A stretch of 46,455 nucleotides of DNA from Chloroflexota bacterium (GTDB taxonomy: Bacteria; Chloroflexota; Limnocylindria; Limnocylindrales; CSP1-4), in the NCBI GenBank assembly GCA_003152165.1, contig PLZO01000043.1:5967-52421 (forward strand), in the 5' to 3' direction. Within the stretch, counting starts at the first letter, position 1; every line of letters begins with the position of its first letter. A program made the position numbers and the translations under genes. The notes beneath the pieces are model-generated. The model was given only the letters and a program-made list of their open reading frames with translations. It ran no database searches and was not told the origin of the DNA. Shown here one piece after another: positions 10,423-20,107 of this stretch.

Positions 10423-12370
10423 CCGGGGAGCGCCATCAGCCGCGTCCGTGCCTCCCGGTGCGGCACCTTCCCCCCATTGAGCGCGTACCGCAGCGCTCGC
10501 TCGGACAGCCCCGACGCCTCCGCCAAAGGCCGCCACCCCCGCTCGTCCCGCAGCCGCCGGAGCGCCGGTAGCGCCGCCTCCCACTCGCGCCGCTCGTCGT
10601 GGTACTCGACGTAGACCTCGTCGGGGTCGGTCACGAGCCCGTCCTGGACGTCGTCGAGCCGGTTGCTCTCCTTTCCGATGTGAACAGGGAGGCCAACGGC
10701 TCGAACGGTTAGCCGCGGCAAGACGCCGATCGAGCCGCGCCGGCCAAGGCCGCCCCGTGGGTCGCCGCTCTTGGTCTCCGGGTGCAGACCGTAGGCGGCG
10801 ACGACGTCGCCGATCGTCTGGAGGCGGACCTTCCCGCGTTCACCGCCGGGGCGGGTCGTCACCGCGATCGGCCGCCCGTCGCGCCGGTTCCGCCATGGAG
10901 CGACAGCAGTTCCTCGGGCTTGCTGGTGAACGGGGCCATTGGGGTGACTGACTGGTCCAAGCCGCCTGGGAGAGCCGCAAGCGGGTCGACGTGGCCGAGG
11001 AGCAGGAAGCCGAACGGCTTGACCTGGCGCTCGTACTGCAGGCCCTTGTTGAGCGCCGCGAATGGCGCCAGGACCGCTGGGCTCGAGACCGGGAAGCTGG
11101 CTGACCGCCGGCAGGTCGAACCAGGCTGGCTCGGGCCCCGCGTCTCGGCCCTCGGCCTCGGCGATCAGACGCTGCCACACGACCTCGACCCACTCGGGCC
11201 ACTTCGCCGTCCACGCTGGCCTATCATCCGAGCGTCGCGGGAGCGGCGAGCGGTATAGGCCCAAGCCGTGTTCCGACGCCTTGCGCAGGCCCAACCCATC
11301 GGCGGATCGATTGGACAGGCTGAATCGCTTGGATGAGATTGCGAGGGCATAGAGCTCGTCGGGACGTGTTGGGTCGTCCAGCCCGACGTTCTCCGGCTCG
11401 AGCTTGATCAGCGCCGGCACGGAGCCTGGCGCGTACGGGTTGAGCGGCTCGAGACCGGCAAGCACCTCGGCGACCTCCACCCACGTCAGCGCGCGAACCG
11501 CCTCAGAGCCGTCGGCCAGCCGCTCCGCCCCGCCCCCGCAGGCGATCAGGCCGCAAGATTTCGACGAACAAATTAGCTGCGAGTCAGTGTCACAGGCGAT
11601 GTACGTTCCACCGCGGGCCTCGACGTCGGCCTGGAGCAACGCGAGAAGGAGTCGCGCGCCGCCGGTGATCGTGGCCGCGAGGGGCGGAAAACAGAACGCA
11701 CCCGGCTCCTCCGGCGTTGCGACCCGGGCGGTCAGGGGCCAGAGGCCAAGGACATCGACGACCCGGCCGCCGGGGACCGGGTCGAGCTGACGGACCTCGG
11801 CGAAGATCCCGTAGGCGCCCCCGTTCGCAAGCGTCTTCAGGAACTGGTCGAGCCGCTTGCGCTCGGTTGCCGTCAAGCGGCGATCCGCCTTGATCCGGGC
11901 GCGCATCTCGATCGCGAACCGGAACAGATCGTCGGACGTCGGGTCGACGAGAACGGACCCGCGCAACTGGATCGGCCGGAGCCCCGTCGCGCGGCCGATC
12001 GGCACGACTCGAAAGGCCTCGAGGATCGCCGGTGTGATGTCGCCCAGGAGCTTTGCCGCTAGGAGGTCGGCGAGCGTGAACCAGAGATCAGTGTTGGCCT
12101 CAAGGCGATTGAGCCCGATCGTCCAGGCCAACGATCCTCCGGCGGCGGTTTCCGGGTCGGCGAATCTGTCGGGGTCGGCGCCGTAACGGGCCCGAACCGG
12201 CAGCAGGTCACCCGCTGGTCGGATCCGGCAGCAGGTCACCCGCTGGTCGGATCCGGCAGAAGACCCCGGCGAGGCGCGGCCAGACCGCAGGGTCATGGAG
12301 GGCCGCACGGTCGAGCGTGGCGAGGAGGGTCTGGGCCTCCTCGGTTGCCTCGGAGGCCGTCAGACGTCTT
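10395..12370 (-). pseudogene. Casposon family B DNA polymerase remnant (5'-truncated, frameshifted)
   Basis: Homologous to 20016-23192: LAGVFCRIRPAG, KTLANGGAYG, CDTDS, ASEHGLG and a C-terminal HTH. The exonuclease domain and motif A are missing. A 28-bp duplication at 12197-12252 and shifts near 11090 and 10900 break the frame. Confidence 0.88.
12197..12252. repeat. 28-bp perfect tandem duplication inside the polB remnant
   Basis: CCGGCAGCAGGTCACCCGCTGGTCGGAT twice. Confidence 0.95.
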
Positions 12371-12398
12371 GCAACGACTCGGCTCTTGTGAGGCCCGC

Positions 12399-12608
12399 AT
12401 GACTGACGACAAGCAATCAACCCCAACGGCCCCAGAAATCCCGACCATCCCCGAGACACCGACAGTGTCCGTCCAACTGCCAGAGTCGGTCCCTAAGGCG
12501 GTGGCCGAGCCTCCGGCCACGTTCGGGGAGCAGATCGCGATGAGAGGCGGCCTGCCGAAGGACCTTGAGACGAGGATAGACAATCTGAGACGCGATCAGG
12601 ACCTGTGA
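12399..12608 (+). CDS. Small P/T-rich hypothetical protein
   Basis: 69-aa ORF MTDDKQSTPTAPEIP... preceded by GAGG; no homology recognised. Confidence 0.35.
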   Translation: MTDDKQSTPTAPEIPTIPETPTVSVQLPESVPKAVAEPPATFGEQIAMRGGLPKDLETRIDNLRRDQDL

Positions 12609-12801
12609 GCCCGTGGGCTAGTACCGGTTACGGCGGCAGTTCTGCGGCTGTTCGGTCCGTCGCTGTGCGAGCCATCTGGCCCTCTCCCTGACCGGTCGCT
12701 TGGCGCTGCCGCCTTTCCGGTTCGAAGAGAGAAGCCTTCTTTTCCTGCGCGGACAAGAGTGCTGGCCCTGGAATCTGGCATGCCACGTCCAGCCGAGGAA
12801 C

Positions 12802-12837
12802 GGGGCGGCAACTTCGGGCGGTCCTACCTACTACCCC
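12802..12837 (-). repeat. Right TIR of element B
   Basis: Reverse complement GGGGTAGTAGGTAGGACCGCCCGAAGTTGCCGCCCC pairs with 2219-2254. Confidence 0.88.
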
Positions 12838-12851
12838 CCACCGGCGTTGAC
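12838..12851. repeat. Target-site duplication copy 2 (CCACCGGCGTTGAC)
   Basis: One mismatch to the other two copies; sits exactly between the element B right TIR and the element C left TIR. Confidence 0.88.
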
Positions 12852-12887
12852 GGGGTAGTTGTGGGAGCGACACCGAGTTGCACCCCC
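12852..12887 (+). repeat. Left TIR of element C
   Basis: GGGGTAGTTGTGGGAGCGACACCGAGTTGCACCCCC; 33/36 identity to the reverse complement of 32238-32273. Confidence 0.92.
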
Positions 12888-12982
12888 CTCCGTCGCGGCT
12901 AGTAGATAGACGGCATGCAAGTTGCCGCTACCATCTCAGGGTCGTCTGAATCGCCCGATGGACTGTTCGTCCTTGAGAAGGG

Positions 12983-13519
12983 GTGTTCGTGCTCGAGCTA
13001 GTGATCTTCATTAGCTGCGGCGCTGAGGTCGAGGGCCTGCGTGATGTTGCGGCCCGCGTGCTCCGGGCACTTGAAAATGCCTTTCTTAACGGCCTCAAGA
13101 TCTCCGTCGTCATCCGCAATTGGGACTACCGCGACGAATCACCCGAGGTTGTGAAGACTGGGGAGTTCTCGGCTCGGAGCCTAAGAATGGTTGACTCCTC
13201 GAACGCCGTAATCGGGATCCTCGGACCCAGCGTCCCGCCGGTGACAGCTCTGGAGATCCTACGGGCCATCGAGCGTTTTGCAACCGGGGACGCGGACAAC
13301 GTCTGGCTCTTTGTGGATGCGTCCACACTTGGGCCTGTACACGCGAGGTACCTCGGGAAGATCAAGAGAAAGACCGGCATGGAGGTCGTCTATCAAAAGT
13401 TCATGGGCGATAGCGATTTCCAGGAGAAATTGTTCGTCGCATTGATTCCGTACGTCGTCCGGAAGACCATCCTCGAACGCCAGAACAGCCCTACGCTAGC
13501 GCCTGGGGGGGCTGCGTGA
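12983..13519 (+). CDS. DUF4062-like (TIR/NDT-fold) domain protein
   Basis: The pattern IFISCGAEVEGLRD...RNWD...VDSSNAVIGILG...VTALEILRA resembles DUF4062/TIR-like nucleotide-processing domains. Confidence 0.55.
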   Translation: MFVLELVIFISCGAEVEGLRDVAARVLRALENAFLNGLKISVVIRNWDYRDESPEVVKTGEFSARSLRMVDSSNAVIGILGPSVPPVTALEILRAIERFATGDADNVWLFVDASTLGPVHARYLGKIKRKTGMEVVYQKFMGDSDFQEKLFVALIPYVVRKTILERQNSPTLAPGGAA

Positions 13520-15888
13520 ACACGACGGGGTCTTCCGGATTCCTCCTTGCGATTTTCGACACGACCCGCATGGCGCTGTTCCCGGCAGCGGAGGAACGCA
13601 CGAGGCAAGAGCGTGGCCTAGCTCTCCTACTCGACGCTCGGTTCGCTGACTATCAGCGATTCGCCCCAGAAGCCGGCTGGCCTGGGATAGGTGAGTCCCT
13701 GCCCGGAACCGCATCTTCCGGAGAACGACTCTTGGCGGGATTTACCCTTCTTCTGAGCGGGGCTGACATCGCATCAACGACGCTTACGGACATCGCTGCG
13801 GACGAGACCATCCAAGCCGATGTGAGGTTGGTCGCGAGCATCCTTGGCTCGATCGCGCTTCGAGACGCGGGCCGCCCTGATCTCGCACTCCACCTCCTAG
13901 CCGTTCCCGGGACGGGAACACCGCTTGACCAGGCGCTTGTCGGAATACACCGAGCCGCGGCCGAGTTTGAGCTGGGCGCGGCGGAACGGTCATTGCATCT
14001 GACCTTGGCGGCCGAGAAGCTACTGCGACGAGAGCGCGGCTCCTCGCTTGTGCGCGACACCTTGCGCGAGGTCGTGCGACGTAACGTCAGGGCTTTTACC
14101 GTCGCGACGGGTCGACACGATGTCGCCTTCCGGCAACAGGCCTACAGCCGCCCAGGCGTTCTCGACGAGATCGAGGGACGCGTTGCTTACGGGCTCTCGT
14201 CTTGGCTCGGGCTCGAGTTCGATGGTCAATATGCGGACCCAACCGTGTCATCGCTTCACTTCCAGCAAGAGGACCCCGTAGAGACTCCTCTCACCGCAGC
14301 GCTCCTGCGGGCGGAGGTTCTTGGCGATTGGTATCTGACGAACGAAGCTCGTGGCAGGTTAGGTCGCTACCAGCTCATGAACTCGAGAGGGCAAGCCGGC
14401 CGAAATCCAGTACCGGCGCTGCACCTGCTTCGGCGTGCCGGAGATTCGGCGGCACTGAAGCGGGCGGCGAAGTGGTTTCATGCGGAAGGGCCGCTTCCTC
14501 CACTGCGCGAGTTCGGTGACGTAGTGGCATCGACCCCCTGGACCGATGCGACGGCAAAAGCCGACCTTGCATCCCTTCATGAAGTCGCCGATCTGATGAC
14601 CCCGAAGTTGGCCGAGGTCGCATTGGAGCGACTCATTGGGCAGATGGGCCACTACTTGGAGGGCATTCCAAATTTCAGGCTCGAGACGGATTTGAATGAG
14701 GTCGTGTCTGAGCTTTTGGCTGCGGCCGATACCGGCGACGGACTCGTCGCGCGTCGTTACCTACCCGTCGTCGAGGCGAGTACCGACCCATTAATGCTTC
14801 AAGGGGTAGGTATTGTCCTCAACCGGATCAAGTGGCACCGAGTTGACGAAGTGACCAGGAGCCTTTGGAGTGACTACTGCGCCGAGCATCTGGCTGGGTT
14901 GGACGACCACCGATTCCCCGCTTCGGTTCTTCTAAGATCGCTCCCAATAACCTCCGGGATCCGTCGTTCCGCCATAGACAGTTGGCGCCAGCATCCTGAC
15001 CTGTTGACCGGGGCGAACGCGCTCGCGGTCGATGCATCGTCGAAGCACCTTCGGGACGGCGTCGCGCACCTAGCGCGAACCAACCTGACCGAGACTAGGA
15101 GCGATGCCAAGAGAGGAACGCATGGCTTTGGGACCTATGTCGACGGCCCACTCTTGTTGACGCATCTGTTGCAGGATTACCCAAATCAGACGGGATGGGG
15201 CGACCTGACTGGGTTTCTACTCGATCCGATGGTGGCACCGTCAAAGAAGATCAAGCCCCTCTCCGAGATACTCCGGCGACCTGATACCGTCCCGCCGTCG
15301 GTTCACCGCCGGCTCGCCCGCTGGGTTCGGAAGGAGGTCCGATATGCACAGATTCCCATTGACCCGCCGGAAGCGTTTCGGGGGCTCGTTCTTCGCCTTC
15401 GCTTCTTCTACAAGGGGCGCAGTGCCGAGGCATTGTTGGCAGACCTCCTGACCCTTGCGACCGATGAGAGTCGCGCCGCGAGACACGAAGCCGCAAAGAG
15501 CCTTGCGTTCAGCCTCAGCTTAGTTCCGAGGGACACCGTTCTAACCTTGGGCCTGACTCTTTCGCAAGACAGCGCATGGGAAGTTCGAGCGGCGGCAGCG
15601 AGCGCCCTTGCTCGCATGGCTGGTACGCAGGATGACCCACTAACCCGGCTTGCCTGGGAACGAGTTCGGGCAACGCTGCTCGACCCAGGAGCCGTCGTCC
15701 CTTCGTGGGTACTCAACAGCCTCGCCAATGACGTGACGGTTGAAGTCCCGGCCCAGATCAGATCGGTTATCAACGAACTCTCCGAGCGGCACCTTTCGGC
15801 ATCGGTTCGGGCTGCGGCGAGTCTGTTTTCGGACGCACGATCAGGATCGACCACCAGCGCACGTGAGGCACCTCAAGGCCCTTCCTGA
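13516..15888 (+). CDS. Large alpha-solenoid protein (TPR-like N-terminus, HEAT-like C-terminus)
   Basis: 790 aa, helical; DESRAARHEAAKSL, DSAWEVRAAAASAL and HLSASVRAAA look like HEAT repeats. GTGA-coupled to the upstream gene. Confidence 0.6.
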   Translation: MNTTGSSGFLLAIFDTTRMALFPAAEERTRQERGLALLLDARFADYQRFAPEAGWPGIGESLPGTASSGERLLAGFTLLLSGADIASTTLTDIAADETIQADVRLVASILGSIALRDAGRPDLALHLLAVPGTGTPLDQALVGIHRAAAEFELGAAERSLHLTLAAEKLLRRERGSSLVRDTLREVVRRNVRAFTVATGRHDVAFRQQAYSRPGVLDEIEGRVAYGLSSWLGLEFDGQYADPTVSSLHFQQEDPVETPLTAALLRAEVLGDWYLTNEARGRLGRYQLMNSRGQAGRNPVPALHLLRRAGDSAALKRAAKWFHAEGPLPPLREFGDVVASTPWTDATAKADLASLHEVADLMTPKLAEVALERLIGQMGHYLEGIPNFRLETDLNEVVSELLAAADTGDGLVARRYLPVVEASTDPLMLQGVGIVLNRIKWHRVDEVTRSLWSDYCAEHLAGLDDHRFPASVLLRSLPITSGIRRSAIDSWRQHPDLLTGANALAVDASSKHLRDGVAHLARTNLTETRSDAKRGTHGFGTYVDGPLLLTHLLQDYPNQTGWGDLTGFLLDPMVAPSKKIKPLSEILRRPDTVPPSVHRRLARWVRKEVRYAQIPIDPPEAFRGLVLRLRFFYKGRSAEALLADLLTLATDESRAARHEAAKSLAFSLSLVPRDTVLTLGLTLSQDSAWEVRAAAASALARMAGTQDDPLTRLAWERVRATLLDPGAVVPSWVLNSLANDVTVEVPAQIRSVINELSERHLSASVRAAASLFSDARSGSTTSAREAPQGPS

Positions 15889-16038
15889 TTCGCCTGCAGT
15901 ACGAGACCGACAGCCGGTCCGCCGCGAGAGCTCGCTCAGAGACACATCCTGAAGTCCTGGTAGCACCTCAACGCGGAACACCTCAGGATCGGCCCGCTCC
16001 GGATGAGCCGCGTTCCAGGCGTTCTCCCCACGCTGCCG

Positions 16039-17679
16039 CTACCGCTGGCGACTCGCCATTCGCTGACGGGCAGCCGCAGCAACTGGCTCGACCCCAGTTG
16101 CCCGCAACTCCCGCAACCGAGCGACTCCGGCCGCCTGCATCGCCTCCCACCACATCGGATGCGGCGTTGCGGCTCCCTTCTTGATCTGCCTGCAGTAGCC
16201 GACCGATAGCCCGGTTGCCTCGGCGATGGAGTGGGCGGGCACCCCGGCGAGTGCCGGCAGGATCTCCCGCTCGAACTCGCCTGAGTCCTTCGGCCACGGA
16301 TGGGTCCGCTGCCAGCCACGCGCCTCCGCTACGGTCTCCGATGCCCGCCCGCCGATTCTCGCCCGGCCCGCGCCCGTGAGTACCGTTCGCAATCCGAGTG
16401 CTCGGCGTTCGGCCAGGCTCCGCTCGCCCGTGGCGATGAAGGTTGGGAGGTTCGTTGTGTCGACTGCCGCTCGGCACTCAGCCGAGCATGTCCGCCGGCC
16501 AACGGCTGCCGGACCGCCGCACCAGACGCACCCGCGGGCTACCCGCGAGACGATGTGCGTTGGCTTGCCCTTTGCCCGGGATCCCCGTCCCACGCTCCGG
16601 TTCGAACCACTGATCGGCGTGGGCAATGCTCGGCCGACCGGTCTCTGGTCGTCGAGGCGCCGGGCGACATCCTCAGCGACACGGCCGACGGCCTGCCGCC
16701 ACTCCCGCAGCGTCCCGGCCAGCTCGCACGCGAGCGGCGGGGTGACCCGACACACCCCCTGTCGCGTCTCGTAGAAGTCGCTCGCCGCGAACGCCCGCCC
16801 CTCGAGCAGCCGGAGCACGTACCGATCGACGAGCGGCCGGATCGGCTCCATGAGGTCGGCAGCGAGCGAGTCCCGGTTGAGCTGGTCGGCATGGAGCACG
16901 CCCAATCCTGGGTCGAGCCCGACAATCCTGGAGGCCAGCGTGGCCTCGGTCTCGAGCAGGGCATAGGTGAGATTCAGGAGGGCCTGAGCGGGCGTCGTCG
17001 CGAGCCTGGGACCACCGGTCAGCGCGGAGGCGCGGCTCCCGACAGTCAGCCAGTGGGCCGGGACGCGATCGACGTCGCGCCGGGCGAAGCGCACGGCGAT
17101 CGGCGCCCAGGCCGACCAGTAGGCACCGGCCGCCTGTGCCTCGGCGAGGCGGATCTCGTCCCGGTTCGTGGCCAGGTGGACCCTGGCCGCTGCTGACCTC
17201 ATCGCCACCTCGACCTCATCACTAACCGGTACCGATCGGTCGACGGCCACAAGCGTCTCGGCTTGCCCGGCGACCTTCTCGGCGATGAGACGGCGGGCGA
17301 TGTCGTTGCCCGCGGGCGTGTCGAGGGCCCGGGCCTGGGCCCGTCGGAGCCCGGGCCGATCCGTGCCTTGCGGCCCGAACGCCGCGAGTACTTGCCCATC
17401 GGCGTCGATCTGCAAGTAGCCCGCCCCGATGTCGGCGAGCCAGCGGATCGCATCGAACGTGATCGCCCCGGTGTGCCCGAGGACGACGAGCCGTTTCAGG
17501 CCGCCGGTCGCGCGGTGGACGATCGCCGTCCGACGCTGGCGGCCGATGCCGTCCGCGATCCGGAGGCGGCCGCGCCAAACGCGGACGTCGAGGCCGTAGC
17601 CGGAGAGGATGAGGACCCCGCCGGGGGCGACGAGGGCGGCTGGCCAGGCGGCCAGCGAATCGATAGCCTGAGCTTGCAT
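16039..17679 (-). CDS. cas1: Casposase (stand-alone Cas1 integrase) with C-terminal Zn-ribbon and HTH
   Basis: Cas1 motifs RLAEAQAAGAYW, ALLNLTYALLE, GLDPGLGVLHAD and SLAADLMEPIRP, then CVWC...CSAEC and an HTH (SIAEATGLSVGYCRQIKKG). GGAGG RBS before ATG 17679; no cas2 nearby. Confidence 0.93.
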   Translation of the reverse strand: MQAQAIDSLAAWPAALVAPGGVLILSGYGLDVRVWRGRLRIADGIGRQRRTAIVHRATGGLKRLVVLGHTGAITFDAIRWLADIGAGYLQIDADGQVLAAFGPQGTDRPGLRRAQARALDTPAGNDIARRLIAEKVAGQAETLVAVDRSVPVSDEVEVAMRSAAARVHLATNRDEIRLAEAQAAGAYWSAWAPIAVRFARRDVDRVPAHWLTVGSRASALTGGPRLATTPAQALLNLTYALLETEATLASRIVGLDPGLGVLHADQLNRDSLAADLMEPIRPLVDRYVLRLLEGRAFAASDFYETRQGVCRVTPPLACELAGTLREWRQAVGRVAEDVARRLDDQRPVGRALPTPISGSNRSVGRGSRAKGKPTHIVSRVARGCVWCGGPAAVGRRTCSAECRAAVDTTNLPTFIATGERSLAERRALGLRTVLTGAGRARIGGRASETVAEARGWQRTHPWPKDSGEFEREILPALAGVPAHSIAEATGLSVGYCRQIKKGAATPHPMWWEAMQAAGVARLRELRATGVEPVAAAARQRMASRQR

Positions 17680-17768
17680 GCGGACCAACCTCCGTGTGCC
17701 ATACCCCCGGGCTGTTATCAGCAGTCGCGGGGGTTATTGATGGGCTCTATTTAGATCGGCCCAAATGT

Positions 17769-19058
17769 TTATTCTTTTTCCCGCGGCCCAGCTTTCCCCT
17801 GTGCTTGACCGTCCGATCCTGCCGAGCGGGACGCTGCCGAGCGGGACGCCGCCGCCCGCCCGCCGACGCGCAGCGAATTCGGTTCGGCAAGATGTGCGGG
17901 ATATTTGGCGAAGAAGGCGTCGAGTTTCGCCGCATTCTGGGAACGCATTTCCCGAAGCTCGTCGAACCATTTCGCCCGGGCCCTTGTGCTTCGCATGGCT
18001 CGACGCATCCGGGCAGGTGAATAGTTTTCAGCGACTTCCGGGACCTCGGACCGCAACAGCTTCAGGCTGCGATAGGCGGGGAGAGCTTCCGTTTGCCATT
18101 GCCCCGCCGTGGCCACGATTGCGGAATAGCCCTCTTGGACCTGCTCGCCCCCATGGCGGCGGAACAGGATCCAGACCAGCATGAAGGTGATTCGGTCGAA
18201 CGAGGTCATGGCCGAGAACCATCGGGGGAATGCCCCGAATCCGAACGCACCAGGGCCAAAGGAGTCCTCCGTTGCTTCACTGACGCTGCCGAAGAGCGAA
18301 ACGAAGACTTTCAGCTCGTCGCGATAGCGGATGAGATCGCGGTCCACGGTCGAGGTCAAGACGTCTGACAACCGGTGTGCGGCCGCCAGGGCCGAGATCT
18401 CGAGGAGCGCACCGTCCGCGGGTCCGGCTAACCATGGGTCTGCATCGGGGAGACGGTCCGTCCTGGCTCGCTCCAGGCCGAGTGCCCGCTCGAGGATCTC
18501 GCCGTCGCCCGCGGACTCGGCATTGGCCGCGTCCGGCTCAAAGCCACCAAATCGACCGGCGGCGGTTTCGAGGACAGCCTTGGCGACTGTCGAGTAGGAG
18601 CTCCGGCCGACACGCTTACGGGCTTGGCGCAGCACCTTCACGTCGGTCCGTCCGCCCGCCATGCGGTCGGCAAGGTCATAAATCGAGTCGCTTCCTCCAG
18701 GCGCGTCGATCCGCGCTCGAAGCTCGGCGGTGCTGGCGTCCCTTGACTTCGCCGACTCGCCTAGCAGCGTCCGGACCTTCTCTAGCGACACGTCGTACCC
18801 CGCCCACCAGAGCTCCCACGCGGCAAGAGAGAGCCGCCGGTCTAGAGCGAGGATCCGGGCAAGGGCGAGCAACTGCTCACCCGTACCCCCGGGGTAGACA
18901 GTCTCGGTCCCATGGCCCTTGCCGAGGGGCCGCTGGCTCGGCCTCGGGATGAGCCCGGCACGATGCCATCGGGCGAGCTGGGCGGCGGTGACGTCGAATC
19001 CCGCCGCCGCGGCTAGCCCCAGCAACTCCTCCCGCGACTCCTCGTCCGACGTATGCAC
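17769..19058 (-). CDS. Hypothetical protein with N-terminal MerR-like HTH
   Basis: VTAAQLARWHRAGLIPRP N-terminal motif; 429 aa; upstream of and co-oriented with cas1. Confidence 0.6.
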   Translation of the reverse strand: MHTSDEESREELLGLAAAAGFDVTAAQLARWHRAGLIPRPSQRPLGKGHGTETVYPGGTGEQLLALARILALDRRLSLAAWELWWAGYDVSLEKVRTLLGESAKSRDASTAELRARIDAPGGSDSIYDLADRMAGGRTDVKVLRQARKRVGRSSYSTVAKAVLETAAGRFGGFEPDAANAESAGDGEILERALGLERARTDRLPDADPWLAGPADGALLEISALAAAHRLSDVLTSTVDRDLIRYRDELKVFVSLFGSVSEATEDSFGPGAFGFGAFPRWFSAMTSFDRITFMLVWILFRRHGGEQVQEGYSAIVATAGQWQTEALPAYRSLKLLRSEVPEVAENYSPARMRRAMRSTRARAKWFDELREMRSQNAAKLDAFFAKYPAHLAEPNSLRVGGRAAASRSAASRSAGSDGQAQGKAGPREKE

Positions 19059-19193
19059 GGCGCAATCATACAGGCCTACGCGACGAGGTGCAAGAAGTGC
19101 TGATCACCAAAGTCCACACTTCGCAGCGGCTCGCCCATTAGTGCGGGCCAGGCTCGACCGAGTCGAGCCGATGCGATACATGGAGCCTACCTG

Positions 19194-19658
19194 GTGCGTC
19201 GATCGAAGCGAACAGTACGGTCCGATCCCGAGGCGCGTGAGCGCGCGTTGGATGCGCTGGCGCTCAGCCGTCGCCGCGGGGTCTCCCTCACCCGCGCCGC
19301 CCGCCTCACCCGCACCTCGCGGCGGACGGTGCTCAAGTACGCGGGCCAGGCCTATCGACGGGCGGGAGGGCGGTACGTCGCGAAGCCCTTCGACCGGATC
19401 CCACGCGAGTTGCAGGTGATGACGCCGTCGGGTCCAGAGGCTGTCCTCGTGCGTGACTCGCGCACGGCGGCGAAACTGTCGCGCCAAGCGAACGCGATCC
19501 GGCTCTATCGCGACTTCGGCGAGGAACGCTTGCTCCGCCAGCTGGGTACGGATTCCGTCACGATCAACGGCCGCCGGTACCGCCTCCAGCTCGACACGGA
19601 CGCCCTCGATCGGCTCATCGAGGGTGCCGAGATCCACTACGAGCTCTACGCGCGTTGA
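19194..19658 (+). CDS. Basic HTH DNA-binding protein (casposon core-type)
   Basis: ALDALALSRRRGVSLTRAARLTRTSRRTVLKY HTH; first gene of the polB operon. Confidence 0.65.
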   Translation: MRRSKRTVRSDPEARERALDALALSRRRGVSLTRAARLTRTSRRTVLKYAGQAYRRAGGRYVAKPFDRIPRELQVMTPSGPEAVLVRDSRTAAKLSRQANAIRLYRDFGEERLLRQLGTDSVTINGRRYRLQLDTDALDRLIEGAEIHYELYAR

Positions 19659-20107
19659 GCCGGGTGCGCGACGATCCGGTCCTGCGCGCCGCAACGCGGG
19701 CTGCCCGTCTCCCGATCGGCGCGGCCTGCGCCGTCTGCGGGCGGATGGCCGCCCTCGTGCCATCGCGCAACGGGCCGCCGATCCTCTGCCAGGACCATGA
19801 TCGGCAGCGCCGGGGTGTCTCGGACCGTGACATCGGGCACGTCGCCCGGCGCCGCAGTTTCGGCAGCCTGACCGTGCTCATGCCCGCGAGCGCCAACGAG
19901 CGGATCGAGGACATGCGGCGCGACCTTGGACTGGCGGACACCCCGGATCCGCTGGGCGACCCCCTGCTCGTTCATGCCGACTACCTCGAGGGTCGGGCGC
20001 TGATCGACCTCCTGTTTGCCGATCACCTCCGCCAACTCGAGGCGCACCTTCGTACCACCTTCGGTGATCGATACTTCGAGGGTGGCCCAGAAGCACCGAT
20101 CGTCTAG
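19655..20107 (+). CDS. Zn-finger / degenerate HNH-like protein
   Basis: CAVC...LCQDH zinc ligands followed by DIGHVARR...LTVLMPASAN, an eroded HNH-like motif. Overlaps both neighbours; sits directly upstream of polB. Confidence 0.5.
   Translation: MSRVRDDPVLRAATRAARLPIGAACAVCGRMAALVPSRNGPPILCQDHDRQRRGVSDRDIGHVARRRSFGSLTVLMPASANERIEDMRRDLGLADTPDPLGDPLLVHADYLEGRALIDLLFADHLRQLEAHLRTTFGDRYFEGGPEAPIV

Larger units (their letters stand above)
2219..12837. mobile_element. Decayed, non-autonomous casposon-like element B (10.6 kb)
   Basis: Bounded by 36-bp TIRs and 14-bp TSDs. Contains a PolB pseudogene homologous to the element C PolB but no cas1. Confidence 0.82.

Noticed and set aside
12876-12887. 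TIR inner end GTTGCACCCCC resembles CRISPR repeat GGTTCACCCCC; 9-10 nt matches between some spacers and the TIRs
   Set aside because: Too short and low-complexity to support homology or targeting.
16039-17679. cas1 as the ordinary adaptation gene of the I-E system
   Set aside because: It is 5.5 kb from the array across polB, lacks cas2, is far longer than I-E Cas1, and carries casposase-type C-terminal domains.
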